Source: Longimicrobiales bacterium (lineage in GTDB: Bacteria; Gemmatimonadota; Gemmatimonadetes; Longimicrobiales; Gaopeijiaceae). From it: 64,000 bases of DNA. The notes under the pieces were generated by a model that saw only the letters and a list, made by a program, of their open reading frames with translations, had not been told where the DNA came from and searched no databases. The translations under genes were made by a program, and so were the position numbers. Positions 38,704-49,021 of this stretch are shown in pieces. The stretch is taken from the NCBI GenBank assembly GCA_965218295.1, contig CBDCKN010000014.1, positions 96,001 through 160,000 on the forward strand, written 5' to 3'. Numbering within the stretch: position 1 is the stretch's first letter; every line of letters starts with the position of its first letter.

Positions 38704-40551
38704 ATGTCTCAACCGATCGTCGAGTGTGTCCCCAACTTCTCCGAAGGAAGGAACCCCGCCGTCCTGAAGGAGATCACCAACGCCATCGAGGCCGTCGCCG
38801 GCGTCCACCTTCTCGACGTGGATCCGGGGACCAATACCAACAGAACCGTGGTCACTTTCGTCGGTGCCCCCGATGCGGTCGAAAACGCCGCCTTCCAGTG
38901 CGTGGCCAGGGCTGCCCAGCTCATCGACATGCGGGAGCACCAGGGGGAGCATCCCAGGATGGGGGCCACCGACGTCGTGCCCTTCGTGCCGGTGTCCGGT
39001 GTGACCATGGAAGAGTGCGTCGCCATGGCTCAACGTGTTGGAAAGCGCATCGGCGAGGAGCTTGACATTCCGGTCTTCCTCTACGAGCAGGCGGCTACCC
39101 GTCCGGAGCGGCAAAACCTCGCACAGGTGCGGTCCGGTGAGTACGAGGGCATGGCCGAGAAGCTCAAGGATCCGGACTGGCATCCGGACTTCGGGCCACA
39201 GGTACTCAATCCGGGCGCTGGAGCCACCTGTGTGGGCGCCCGGGAATTCCTGATCGCGTACAACATCAACCTGAACTCCACCGACCGGCGCTGCGCCAAC
39301 GACATTGCCTACGCGCTCCGGGAACGGGGGCGGTGGAAGCGGGGGGGCAACACCGATCCGTTCTACTACAAGGGCGAGGTCGTGCGCTTCCCCGAGGATG
39401 GTACCTACCCCTGCGGTCCCTGCGACTTCGTGGGCGGGAGCTTCGGGGAGCTGGAGACCCACTACCGGGACGTTCACGGGGGGGATCTTCGGGCGCGCTA
39501 CCAGGCCCTGGACATCGATCCCGAGGCCCCGTCCGGCCCCGTCTTCGACGACGGCCTGTTTACGGATGTAAAGGCCATCGGCTGGGTGATCGAAGAGTAC
39601 AACAAGGCTCAGATCAGCATCAACTTCACGAACTTCAAGGTGAGCCCTCCTCATGAGGTGCTGGAGGCGGCTCGGGAAGAAGCGCTCAAGAGGGGTGTGG
39701 TCATCACTGGCTCCGAACTTGTTGGCCTCATCCCCTTCGAAGCCCTGCGGCAGGCCGGAGTCTTCTATCGCAGACGGGCCATGAAGTCCACGGGCGTTCC
39801 GGTAGCTGATCTTCTGGAGACGGCCATCCAGTCCATGGGGTTGAGAGACGTCGCGCCCTTTGACGTTCGGGAGAAGGTCTTGGCGGCGCCCACCGTGGAG
39901 GGGCCCTTGGTCCTGCGTGCCACGTACGACTTCATCGACGAGGTTTCGCGGGAGACACCTGCCCCGGGCGGGGGATCGGTAGCCGCCCTGGCCGGTGCTC
40001 TCGGTGGGGCGTTCGTCTCGATGGTGGTGAACCTGTCGGTGGGGAAAGGCGAGTTCGACGATCGTTACGAGCAGCTGTGTTCCATCGCGGAGAGGGCTCA
40101 AGCCGTAAAGGACCTTCTCGTCAGAATGGTGGACGAGGACACACAGGCCTTCGACTCCGTCCTCACGAGCATGCGCATGCCACAGGACACCGAAGAAGAG
40201 CGGGCTCTTCGTTCCGCCGCCATCCAGGAGGGCTACAAGACGGCCACGCTCGTTCCGCTTGGGACGGCCGAGGGATGCCTGGACGCCATGAAGCTCTGTG
40301 AGGAGATGGCGGCCATGGCCACGCCCGAGATGATCAGCGACGTGGGATCGGGCGCGCTCATGGCCCATGCGGGCATCAAGGCCGCGATCTACAACGTGCG
40401 CACCAACCTCCCCAACATCTCGGACGAAGCGTTCGACAAGGACGTTCGAGGCAAGTTGGATGGCCTTCTGCAGGAAGCCGACGAAGCTGCGCGGGCGGTG
40501 GAGAAGTGCGTGGAGGCGGCGCTGGGGCTGCCAGGAATCACCAACGGATAG
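38704..40551 (+). CDS. ftcD: Bifunctional glutamate formimidoyltransferase / formiminotetrahydrofolate cyclodeaminase
   Basis: VECVPNFSEGR, HPRMGATDVVPF, IAYNINL, TGSELVGLIP; PAPGGGSVAAL cyclodeaminase domain. Confidence 0.95.
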   Translation: MSQPIVECVPNFSEGRNPAVLKEITNAIEAVAGVHLLDVDPGTNTNRTVVTFVGAPDAVENAAFQCVARAAQLIDMREHQGEHPRMGATDVVPFVPVSGVTMEECVAMAQRVGKRIGEELDIPVFLYEQAATRPERQNLAQVRSGEYEGMAEKLKDPDWHPDFGPQVLNPGAGATCVGAREFLIAYNINLNSTDRRCANDIAYALRERGRWKRGGNTDPFYYKGEVVRFPEDGTYPCGPCDFVGGSFGELETHYRDVHGGDLRARYQALDIDPEAPSGPVFDDGLFTDVKAIGWVIEEYNKAQISINFTNFKVSPPHEVLEAAREEALKRGVVITGSELVGLIPFEALRQAGVFYRRRAMKSTGVPVADLLETAIQSMGLRDVAPFDVREKVLAAPTVEGPLVLRATYDFIDEVSRETPAPGGGSVAALAGALGGAFVSMVVNLSVGKGEFDDRYEQLCSIAERAQAVKDLLVRMVDEDTQAFDSVLTSMRMPQDTEEERALRSAAIQEGYKTATLVPLGTAEGCLDAMKLCEEMAAMATPEMISDVGSGALMAHAGIKAAIYNVRTNLPNISDEAFDKDVRGKLDGLLQEADEAARAVEKCVEAALGLPGITNG

Positions 40552-40559
40552 GACTCTCT

Positions 40560-40751
40560 TTGGCATTCGACAGCGTTTGGCTGAATGGCCAGGTCGCCAC
40601 AATGCGGAGCGGCGGCGGCGCCTACGGAGAGGTACCTGACGGTGCCGTGGCCGTGACCGGCGGTAAGATCGAGTGGGTGGGGCGGAGGACTTGGATAGGC
40701 GCGAACCCGTGCCGGTCCATGATCAAAGAGGGAGTCGTGGTCGGGCCGTAG
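40560..40751 (+). pseudogene. hutI: Imidazolonepropionase, internally deleted (N- and C-termini only)
   Basis: MAFDSVWLNGQVATM...YGEVPDGAVAVTGGKIEWVG joined in frame to WIGANPCRSMIKEGVVV*. Confidence 0.75.
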
Positions 40752-40843
40752 CTAGTGTCCCGTTACCAAAGTGTCTCGGCCAGTCGAGGGCACGGTGCAT
40801 CCGACCCTCTTGGTGGCTCGCGAACTTTGGAAACGGAACATTA
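40752..40843 (-). repeat. MITE-like repeat copy D
   Basis: Near reverse complement of copy E (52289-52380); lies between the hutI stop and the TAA of the convergent gene. Confidence 0.9.
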
Positions 40844-42152
40844 CCCGCCCCTGGGACGTCGCACCACGCTTCGGGACCGGCCCGAGGAGCTCCCCCTCGC
40901 GGGAGCGCTACGGGCGGACGACGATCGAGAGGGCGCCGCACGGCGGGCAGAGCTCCTGCTCGGCGCCGCCGACCGGGTCGCCGGACGGCGACTGGGTGCT
41001 ACGCTCCGACTCGGTGTCGGACGGGACGGCGCTCGCCGGGCCGAGCTCGGGGGTGCGCTCCTTACACGGCTCGGAGCGGTCCGAAGAGCCGACTGAGCCC
41101 GGCTCGGCGCGCGGCGAGGAGCGGGCAGGCGGGGCCGTGCGCGCCGACGGTCCCGAGCGCTGCAGGTTCGAGCGCGTGGTCGGCGACGGACGGCTGGCAT
41201 CCGAGCGCCGCCTAGAGGGTGCGGTACGGGCCGAAGGGGTCGTGGCTCGGGAAGGTGCCGAACGAGCCGTGGGCCTCCGCGTCCGCGTATCCATGGAGGC
41301 CGAGCCCGCACGGCTTGGCGCACGAGCGCGCGACGCTGCGCTCGTGCGTGCGTTGGTCCGCCCTTACAGGGCGTCCGAAGGACGAGCCCTGGGCGTCATC
41401 CTCTGAGCCCCAGCAGTCCGGGTCGCGGAGGCACGAGTCCTGGGTGCCTGCACCCGACCGGCCGTCGCCCTCCGCTGGGGCGGCGTGCGTGCGGCGGTCC
41501 TCGCGCTGGACGCTGTGGTCACCGCCCGATTGTCGGCCACCCGTCTAGCCGGAGTAGCCCGTGGCGACTCCTTGTAGCCCAGCCCCGAGCCATGGAGGGC
41601 CGACCCGCCCCGTGCGTACCGTCCGGGCACTACCCTTGGCCGAACACCCGCGTAGGTCGGCAGGACGCGACCTCTGTAGTAGGGGCCGTAGTAGCTGCTC
41701 CCATACCCATAGTCGAACCAGTTGTACGGGTAGAGACTTCCGAAGCTCAGGTGGATGCCCCCACGCCAGTGGCCGTACCCCCAGCCGTATCCCCAATAGG
41801 CGGGGTAGTAGTAATGCCAGGGAAGGTATCCGTAGGACAGGCGCACGGATCGGCGACTGTGATAGTATCCGTAATAACCCCAATCGTCGTAATAGCCAGG
41901 ATCGTAGTAGCTGTGGCGGCAGGGGTAGGCGTACCAGTCGTAGTAGGTGTAGTCCCAGCACGGATCGTGGTACTCGATATCGTACCAGGAACCCACGCTC
42001 GAATAGGACAGCCCCACTCCCAAGCCCACACCGTGGGTGCCGACGCCTAGCGAGAAGGAGAAATTGCTCCAGGAATACTGTCCAGCCGCCGCGTCGGGAC
42101 GGCAAACGAGGGCGAAGCCGAGTATCAGAGCCGTTGCGACCAGCTTGCGCAC
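40841..42152 (-). pseudogene. Secreted Tyr/Gly/Trp-rich protein with long Arg/Ser/Ala/Pro-rich tail; frameshifts in the tail
   Basis: AAGGAGG RBS, signal peptide, YYDW/YGYG-rich segment; low-complexity tail continues in ORFs 40908-41294 and 40841-41323. Confidence 0.6.
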
Positions 42153-42335
42153 GTGTGCCTCCTTGGAAGATCTCGCTTCCATACCGTGCATGGGCCGTGC
42201 CACGGACGAGATCCCCTGAAATCCCTATACATAAGCTAGGTCCGGCCGGAAGCGCCGCAAAGGCCGGCGCCGGATGTCCCCGGCAGAGGACAAGTGGAAA
42301 CCCGGTGTAGGACAGGCTGAGCGACCTTGGTCAGC

Positions 42336-42645
42336 TCAGTGCCGGGCGTCGAGGGCCGCGAAGAGGGACTCTATCTCCGCCGCCGACGTGATGGTGTTGG
42401 GGGAGATTCGCAGGGCGTTGAGGCCCTGGGTCCGAAACGGACGAAGGACGATCGCCCGGACCGAGCATGTGCCGGTCCCTGAGGGCCTCCCAGGTCACGG
42501 AAGAACGAGGCCGGTGAGCGACGGTATCGAGCTCGGCCCCGAAGGCCTCTTCGAGGCGTTGGAACGGCGCGACGGCAGGCCCGGCAAGAGCCAGCGCCGC
42601 TAACGATTTGCGGAAATCACGACGTTCGCGACGAACCGACAACAT
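42336..42645 (-). pseudogene. Tat-exported class V aminotransferase-like gene, internally deleted
   Basis: ERRDF Tat-like leader ...WEALRDRHML joined near 42455 to IVLRPFRTQGLNALRISPNTITSAAEIESLFAALD*. Confidence 0.6.
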
Positions 42646-42942
42646 GACTCAGCCTCCGCGAATGTCACCGCGTCCCTTGCCATGGAGCAGGAAACGAGGA
42701 AGATTAGAACCCACCCATTCGGGTGCCTGGAACGCAGATTTCCGATTCTTCAGGCCGAACTCGAGTCGTTCCAATCTCGGACATACCGTCCCCGGTGGTT
42801 TAGACCGCCGGAATCGCCTGTGCGCCTTCGTAGCGAACACGGGCTGGCAAGTTTGGACGGGGCGCCCCGGCACCGCCAGGGCGCCGAACCCTTTCGAGCC
42901 TGAATACGATTGCGTGGGCCCATATCAAGGAAAACCAGAACA

Positions 42943-44254
42943 GTGGACGGTAACACACCCATCGATCGGCTCGACTCCGAGGCTCAGCAAGATCAGCTGG
43001 AGACCCAGGAACAGGATCGCCCTGCGCAGCAAGATCGCCCTGGGCAGCCGGATCGTCCTGAGGGACAGGATCGAGAAGAGCATCAGGGTCAACGCGATCA
43101 GCATGAGCGGGGTGAGCCGAGTGAGCCCCTCGGTGTCTTGGATGTCCTGGGCAGCGGCTCCGGGTTCATCCGTCGCCGTGACGCCGGTTATACGGCCAGC
43201 AAGGAAGACATCTACGTCGGCGCAAAGGTGATTCACAAATTCGGCCTGCGCACGGGAGACGAGCTCAACGGCTCCGTGGGGCGGCGTCCCAAGAACGGAA
43301 AGAGTCCACCGCTCACCCATCTGGCCCTGGTCAATGGTGGCCCTCCCGAGGACGCCAAGCGGCGCCCCGACTTCAACCGGCTGAGCGCTGTGCACCCCAA
43401 CGAGCAGCTCGTCCTGTCCTGTGACCGGATGGTGGGTGGAGAGCCCGACTACACGAACCGGGTCATCGACCTGTTCTGCCCCTTCGGCAAAGGGCAGCGA
43501 GCCATGATCGTGTCCCCGTCCAAGGCCGGTAAGACCACGGTCCTGCAGGCGGTGGCCGAAGGGATCGTGACGAACAATCCAGAGTGCCGCCTCATGATCC
43601 TCCTGGCCGACGAGCGGCCCGAGGAGATCACCGACATGGAGATGTGCGGCTTCGGCGAGGTGATCGCGTCCAGCTTCGACCGGCCGGCCGAGCGCCACTG
43701 CCAGGTCGCCGAGATGACCCTCGAGCGGGCCCGCCGCATGGTGGAGGGAGGACAGGACGTGGTGATCATCCTGGACTCCATCACGCGACTCGCGCGGGCC
43801 TACAACACGGTCGAAGAAGGAAGCGGCCGCACCCTCTCGGGCGGTCTCGACGCCAATTCGCTGGAGAAGCCGAAGCGGTTCATCGGCAGTGCAAGGAAGA
43901 TCGACCCGGGGCAGGGGGGAGGATCGCTCACCATCGTGGCCACCGCCCTGGTCGATACTGGATCCCGGATGGATCAGGTCATCTTCGAGGAGTTCAAGGG
44001 CACGGGGGAACAGCGAGCTGCTGCTGAGCCGTGAGCTGGCCGACAAGAGGATCTATCCGGCCATCGATCTGATCGGGTCGGCGACCCGGAAAGAGGAGCT
44101 GCTCCTCGATCCGGATAGCCTGTCCGTCTCTCGAGCCATGCGTCGACAGCTGTCCGACGTGTCACCGGCGGACGCCATGACCGAGTTATTGGGGGTCATG
44201 CGGAGAACCCGCACGAACGAAGGGCTTGTGGCCCTGGCCAGCCAAAAAATCTAG
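42943..44254 (+). CDS. rho: Transcription termination factor Rho (short form), +1 frameshift near 44005
   Basis: GSGFIR, DIYV, GKGQRAMIVSPSKAGKT, DERPEE, LDSITRLARAYN, IFEEFKGTG|NSELLLSRELADKRIYPAID; extra G in a G run. Confidence 0.9.
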
Positions 44255-44769
44255 GGAATAGCGACCGCTTCCTTCAACCTGCCCAGACTCTCGGAGAGCT
44301 GCCTTCCCTGGGAGTCGGACATGCTCCTCGCCACGTAACCCATCAGCGGGTTGCGTCCGAAATCACCCTGTTCACGCCAAGTGACGAGGCTTCCACCCGT
44401 CGATGCCTCAAGCTCCAGCTCTCCGATGACCTCGACTCCCTCACCGATCCTGACTCGATAGCGAACCAGCTCGGCCGGGCGACTCACCGTGATGGTCACG
44501 GAGCCGGATCCGTACTGGTCGTCGTCCCAGCTGCGCACCGCCCCGGGCCCGAAGGACGGATCGCTGAGCGTGGACTCCACGTCGCCCCATTGGGTCCACT
44601 CGTCCCAGCAGCCCAGGTCGACAAGGAGGGGAAAGACCGCTTCCGGGGCGGCCGGGACCTCGATAGACACTTCCGCCGACCAGGTGCCCGGCAGCAAGAA
44701 GCCCACGGCCATGAAGGCAAGCAGGAGCCCTGCGATGAGGCCGAAGATCTTGGCGAGGCGCCCCATCAT
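44251..44769 (-). CDS. SRPBCC (polyketide cyclase-like) family protein
   Basis: N-terminal TM, APEAVFPLLVDL..W..W, GDFGRNPLMGY. Confidence 0.8.
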   Translation of the reverse strand: MMGRLAKIFGLIAGLLLAFMAVGFLLPGTWSAEVSIEVPAAPEAVFPLLVDLGCWDEWTQWGDVESTLSDPSFGPGAVRSWDDDQYGSGSVTITVSRPAELVRYRVRIGEGVEVIGELELEASTGGSLVTWREQGDFGRNPLMGYVARSMSDSQGRQLSESLGRLKEAVAIP

Positions 44770-45506
44770 GGTTGATCCGCCCCGCTCGTCGCGACCTCTC
44801 GAAGCACCGGCTCCAAGAAGCCCCAGACCGTCTCGGACACCCGGCGGTGTCCCTCGACCGTCGGGTGGATGCCATCCACCTGGTTGAGCTCGGGCTCACC
44901 CGCCACGCCGTCCAGGAGGAAGGGGATCAACACGGCGTCGTTCTCCCGGGCCAGCTCGATGAACACGGACCGGAACTCCGACCCGTACCGCGGCCCCAGG
45001 TTGGGGGGAGCCTCCATCCCGGCCACCACGAACCGAACATCGCGATAGCGCGTCCGCGCGCTGTCCATGACCGCCTGGAGATTCCCGCGCATGGCCTCGA
45101 TGGATAGCCCGCGAATCCCGTCGTTGGCTCCGAGCTCGATCACGAGCACGCTTACAGGGGCCCATAGGAACCAGTTGATCCGCCGGAGCCCACCGGCGCT
45201 GGTGTCACCACTGACGCCGGCGTTCAGGATCTCGAATGGGAGACCCGCGGAGTCGATCTTTGCCCGGATCCGGTCCGTGAAGCGGGCCGTTTGATCACCG
45301 AGCCCATACCCGGCGGTCAGGCTCGTTCCCAGGAAGACGACCCGTCCCGGAGCGCCGGTGTCGGCCGGCGCGACGGCCGCCGCTGGGGCGCCCGAGCCTG
45401 CCAACGTTGAACCTTCCTGCCGCCCGGAGCGTACCACGTCCGAGTCGGCACCTGGGCCGCACCCGGCCGAGGGGAGCCACAGGGCCATAAGAGCGACGGC
45501 AGCCAT
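44766..45506 (-). CDS. Arylesterase / SGNH hydrolase (TesA-like lipoprotein)
   Basis: FLGTSLTAGYGL, NAGVSGDTSAGG, ELGANDG, DGIHP; divergent from YbbA/YbbP-like genes. Confidence 0.9.
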   Translation of the reverse strand: MAAVALMALWLPSAGCGPGADSDVVRSGRQEGSTLAGSGAPAAAVAPADTGAPGRVVFLGTSLTAGYGLGDQTARFTDRIRAKIDSAGLPFEILNAGVSGDTSAGGLRRINWFLWAPVSVLVIELGANDGIRGLSIEAMRGNLQAVMDSARTRYRDVRFVVAGMEAPPNLGPRYGSEFRSVFIELARENDAVLIPFLLDGVAGEPELNQVDGIHPTVEGHRRVSETVWGFLEPVLREVATSGADQP

Positions 45507-46203
45507 GATCCGAGCTGTGGGTCTGTCGAAAGAATACATGAGCGGAGGGCGACCCCTTCGCGTGTTGGACCGTGTCGATCTCGATGTGGAGCCGGAGAGC
45601 TTCGTGGCCATCACTGGACCTTCCGGAAGTGGGAAGACCACGCTCCTCGGGCTCCTGGCCGGGCTCGATCAGCCCACCGAAGGTAAGGTAACCGTTGCCG
45701 GTGAAGATCTCTTCAGTCTTACCGAAGACGGTCGTGCCAGGTTTCGCGCCGAGAACGTGGGTTTCGTATTCCAGATGTTCCACCTGCTCCCTGCGCTCAC
45801 GGCCATGGAAAACGTGATGGTGCCTCTCGAGCTCCTGGGGCGCGACCGGAGCCGCAATGGGCGGTCCATCCGGGAGCGGAGTCGCGAGCTGTTGACTCGC
45901 GTAGGGCTCGGCGACCGGACAGACCACTATCCGGCCCAGCTTTCGGGGGGCGAGCAGCAGCGGGTCGCTCTGGCCCGGGCCTTCGCCAACGAGCCGCGCA
46001 TCCTGTTCGCCGACGAGCCCACCGGCAATCTCGACCGCAAGACCGGCCTTCACGTGGTCGAGCTCCTCGAGGAGCTGAACCACGAGTCCCAGACCACGCT
46101 GATCCTGGTCACCCACGACCTGGACCTCGCGTCACGGGCCCATCGCACCGTCTCGCTCGCCGACGGCCGTATCGTGTCCGACGCGAGCGGCTCGTCCGGA
46201 TGA
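45505..46203 (+). CDS. ABC transporter ATP-binding protein (YbbA-like)
   Basis: [27 protein letters not shown]. Confidence 0.95.
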   Translation: MIRAVGLSKEYMSGGRPLRVLDRVDLDVEPESFVAITGPSGSGKTTLLGLLAGLDQPTEGKVTVAGEDLFSLTEDGRARFRAENVGFVFQMFHLLPALTAMENVMVPLELLGRDRSRNGRSIRERSRELLTRVGLGDRTDHYPAQLSGGEQQRVALARAFANEPRILFADEPTGNLDRKTGLHVVELLEELNHESQTTLILVTHDLDLASRAHRTVSLADGRIVSDASGSSG

Positions 46204-48740
46204 TCCGGTCGTTCGCGGTTCGTCTGGCCTGGCGAGAGGGCAGAGCCAGCTACCGTCGCCTCTCCGTCTTCATGGGCTCCATCGCCCTGGGGGTGGCGGC
46301 GCTCGTGGCGATCCACTCGTTCCGAGCCGACGTGGAGCGCTCCCTCGATGATCAGGCCCGTGTGCTCCTGGGAGCCGACGTGCGCGTCTCGTCGAGCCGG
46401 GCCTTTCCCGAGGAGTTCGAGGCGGTTCTGGACTCTATGGTGGGGGAGGGGAGACAGATCGCTCGGACGACGACACTGGCCTCCATGGTGCTCGATACCC
46501 GGAGCGAGGGCGTGCGGCTCTTCCAGATCCGCGCCGTGGATGCGGGCTTCCCGTTCTACGGTGACGTGGCATCCGAGCCGTCCAGAGCCTGGGCGCAGAT
46601 CCATGACGGGCCATGGGCGGTGGCCGATCCGGCCGTCCTGGTCCAGTTGGATGCCCGGCCCGGTGATACGCTGGCCATCGGACGGGCCCGGTTCGTCCTC
46701 CGGGGAACCGTCAGCGGGCTTCCCACGGACGTGGGCTTTCAGACGGCCATCGGACCCAGGGTCTACATCGCCCGGGACCGCCTGGAGGAGACCGGGCTGC
46801 TGACCTTCGGCTCCATCGCCCGCTATCACGCGAACTTCCTCATGCCGGAGCGGGAGGACCGGGAACAGCTCTGGAACAGCCAACGGGAGCTGTTCCGGCG
46901 GCATCAGCTCCGGCACACGCCGGCCGCCTATCGCGCACAAGAGATGAGCTCGGCCCTGGACGATCTGGCGCGCTACCTGGGGCTCATCGGCCTGGCGGCC
47001 CTCTTCCTCGGCGGCATCGGAGTGGCCAGCGCCATCTACGTCTACGTCCGTGAGAAGGTGGTGACGGTGGCGGTTCTCCGCTGTCTGGGGGCTCGCCAGG
47101 AGAGCCTCTTCGCCGCATACCTGCTCCAGGCGGCGGTGCTCGCCTTCATGGGCTCCCTGGTGGGTGTCGTGCTGGGGATCGGCATCCAGCGGGTGCTGCC
47201 TATGGCTCTCTCGGGGGTTCTGCCGGTGGGAGTGACAACGGACGTCTCGTGGGTGGCGGCCCTCGCGGGAATCTTCCTGGGAGTCTGGGTCGCCCTCATG
47301 TTCGCTTTGGCACCGCTTCTCGAGGTAAGGGGTGTCCCGCCGCTCCTCGCTATCAGGCACGACTTCGAGCCGCCAGGGCGGACCGATCTCTGGAAGGTGG
47401 GAGCGTTGGCCCTTCTGGTGGCCACGATTCTGGGGCTTACGGTGGTGGAGGCTCCTTCCCGCGCACAGGGACTGGCGTTCTCCGCCGGCCTCGGAGTCGT
47501 GGCCCTCGTCCTCTGGGGTTCGGCCCGGGTCCTCATCGCCGCAACCAAGCGGTTCTTCCCGCAGGGGATGTCGTACCCGATCCGCCAGGGTGTGAGCAAC
47601 CTGTTCCGGCCGCAAAACCAGACTGTCTCGGTGACACTGGCCCTCGGCTTCGGCGCGTTCGTCATCGGCACCATCGGCCTGGTGGAGGGCAGCCTGACCC
47701 AGGAGTTCACCCTGGAGGTAGGAGAAGGACGACCGAACCTCCTCCTCTTCGACGTGCAGTCGGATCAGCGTCCCGACGTCGAGGCCTTCGTGGCGTCACG
47801 CGCCACCGGCTCGCCGGACGTGACTCCCCTGGTACCCTCGAGGCTCATCGGGATCAACGGGCGGACCCGGGAGGAGCTCCTCGATGCCTCCGGGGAAGAC
47901 GGTCCAGAGGGGTGGGCCCTTCGGCGGGAGTTCCGGCACACCTATCGGGCGGAGCTCACGGGCCCGGAGGAGCTCGTGGAGGGGGACTGGTGGGACGCAC
48001 CTCCCGCCGAAGACGGTCTGCCCCGCGTCTCGCTGGAGGCCGACCTGGCCGAGAGCCTGCGGGTCTCCATCGGGGACCGGATCACGTGGGACTTCGCGGG
48101 TGTGCCACTTGAGACGCGTGTGGTGAGCCTCCGCACCGTCGACTGGACCCGATTCGAGACGAACTTCTTCGTGGTCTTCGAGCCCGGCGTGCTAGAGGAG
48201 GCTCCGCAGACCGTCGTTATCATGGCCCGCGTCGAAGGAGAGCGGGAGCGAGCCGAGTTCCAACGGGACCTGATGGGTGTACACGCCAACGTATCGGTGT
48301 TGGACCTTTCGCGGCTCCAGCAGGCCATCGACACCATCCTGGCCCGGGCAAACCAGGCGGTCCGCTTCCTCGGCATCTTCAGCACCATTGCCGGCGTCCT
48401 CGTCCTCATGGGGTCATTGGCCACTTCGCGCTATCAGCGCATGCGGGAAAGCGCTGTCCTCAAGACCCTGGGCGCGCAGAAGGGGGTCATCCTGCGGATT
48501 CTCACGGTGGAGTACGTCGCCATCGGGTCTCTGGCCACGCTGGCGGGGCTTCTGTTGGCTGTGGTCGCTGGGTGGTTGGTCGTGGTCCAGGTCTTCACCG
48601 TGCCGTTCGTCTTCGACCCCTTGCGGATCGGATACGTGTGGCTCGTGATCACCGCCGTTACGCTGGGGGTCGGCCTCGCCGGGAGCCGGGGAGTCCTTCT
48701 CAGACCTCCTCTGGCGGTTCTCCGGGACGTGGCGTGTTGA
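46200..48740 (+). CDS. FtsX-like ABC transporter permease (YbbP-like)
   Basis: LAWRE...IALGVAA, LLGAD, two FtsX TM blocks, PNLLLFDVQ, NFFVVF. Confidence 0.92.
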   Translation: MIRSFAVRLAWREGRASYRRLSVFMGSIALGVAALVAIHSFRADVERSLDDQARVLLGADVRVSSSRAFPEEFEAVLDSMVGEGRQIARTTTLASMVLDTRSEGVRLFQIRAVDAGFPFYGDVASEPSRAWAQIHDGPWAVADPAVLVQLDARPGDTLAIGRARFVLRGTVSGLPTDVGFQTAIGPRVYIARDRLEETGLLTFGSIARYHANFLMPEREDREQLWNSQRELFRRHQLRHTPAAYRAQEMSSALDDLARYLGLIGLAALFLGGIGVASAIYVYVREKVVTVAVLRCLGARQESLFAAYLLQAAVLAFMGSLVGVVLGIGIQRVLPMALSGVLPVGVTTDVSWVAALAGIFLGVWVALMFALAPLLEVRGVPPLLAIRHDFEPPGRTDLWKVGALALLVATILGLTVVEAPSRAQGLAFSAGLGVVALVLWGSARVLIAATKRFFPQGMSYPIRQGVSNLFRPQNQTVSVTLALGFGAFVIGTIGLVEGSLTQEFTLEVGEGRPNLLLFDVQSDQRPDVEAFVASRATGSPDVTPLVPSRLIGINGRTREELLDASGEDGPEGWALRREFRHTYRAELTGPEELVEGDWWDAPPAEDGLPRVSLEADLAESLRVSIGDRITWDFAGVPLETRVVSLRTVDWTRFETNFFVVFEPGVLEEAPQTVVIMARVEGERERAEFQRDLMGVHANVSVLDLSRLQQAIDTILARANQAVRFLGIFSTIAGVLVLMGSLATSRYQRMRESAVLKTLGAQKGVILRILTVEYVAIGSLATLAGLLLAVVAGWLVVVQVFTVPFVFDPLRIGYVWLVITAVTLGVGLAGSRGVLLRPPLAVLRDVAC

Positions 48741-48960
48741 CGCCGGGCTGGGCCGCCGGATCCACCTCCAACGCCAGCTTTGTTCCTGCACGTTGCCGTC
48801 GACGCTCAAAGGGTGAGTATTTGGACGCAGGAATATATGTTGGTCGCTGATCCCTCCCCAACTCACTCGGCGTCTCCTTCGGCGCGGATGTGCGCAGGCA
48901 TGGAGGGGCTGACAAGGGCGTTCGAAGAGGATCGGGAGACCGAATCCGGACAGTGACAGA

Positions 48961-49007
48961 CAGCTCAGATACCAGCTCAGAGACCAGTTCAGAGACCAGC
49001 TCAGACA
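48961..49007 (+). repeat. 12-bp tandem repeat x4 (encodes SSDT/SSET)
   Basis: cagctcagatac cagctcagagac cagttcagagac cagctcagaca. Confidence 0.8.
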
Positions 49008-49021
49008 TCGACCAGCCGGTC

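Noticed and set aside
38389..40602. 737-aa minus-strand ORF (likewise 6744-8561, 46050-47615, 57190-59571)
   Set aside because: Stop-free antisense frames expected opposite GC-rich genes.
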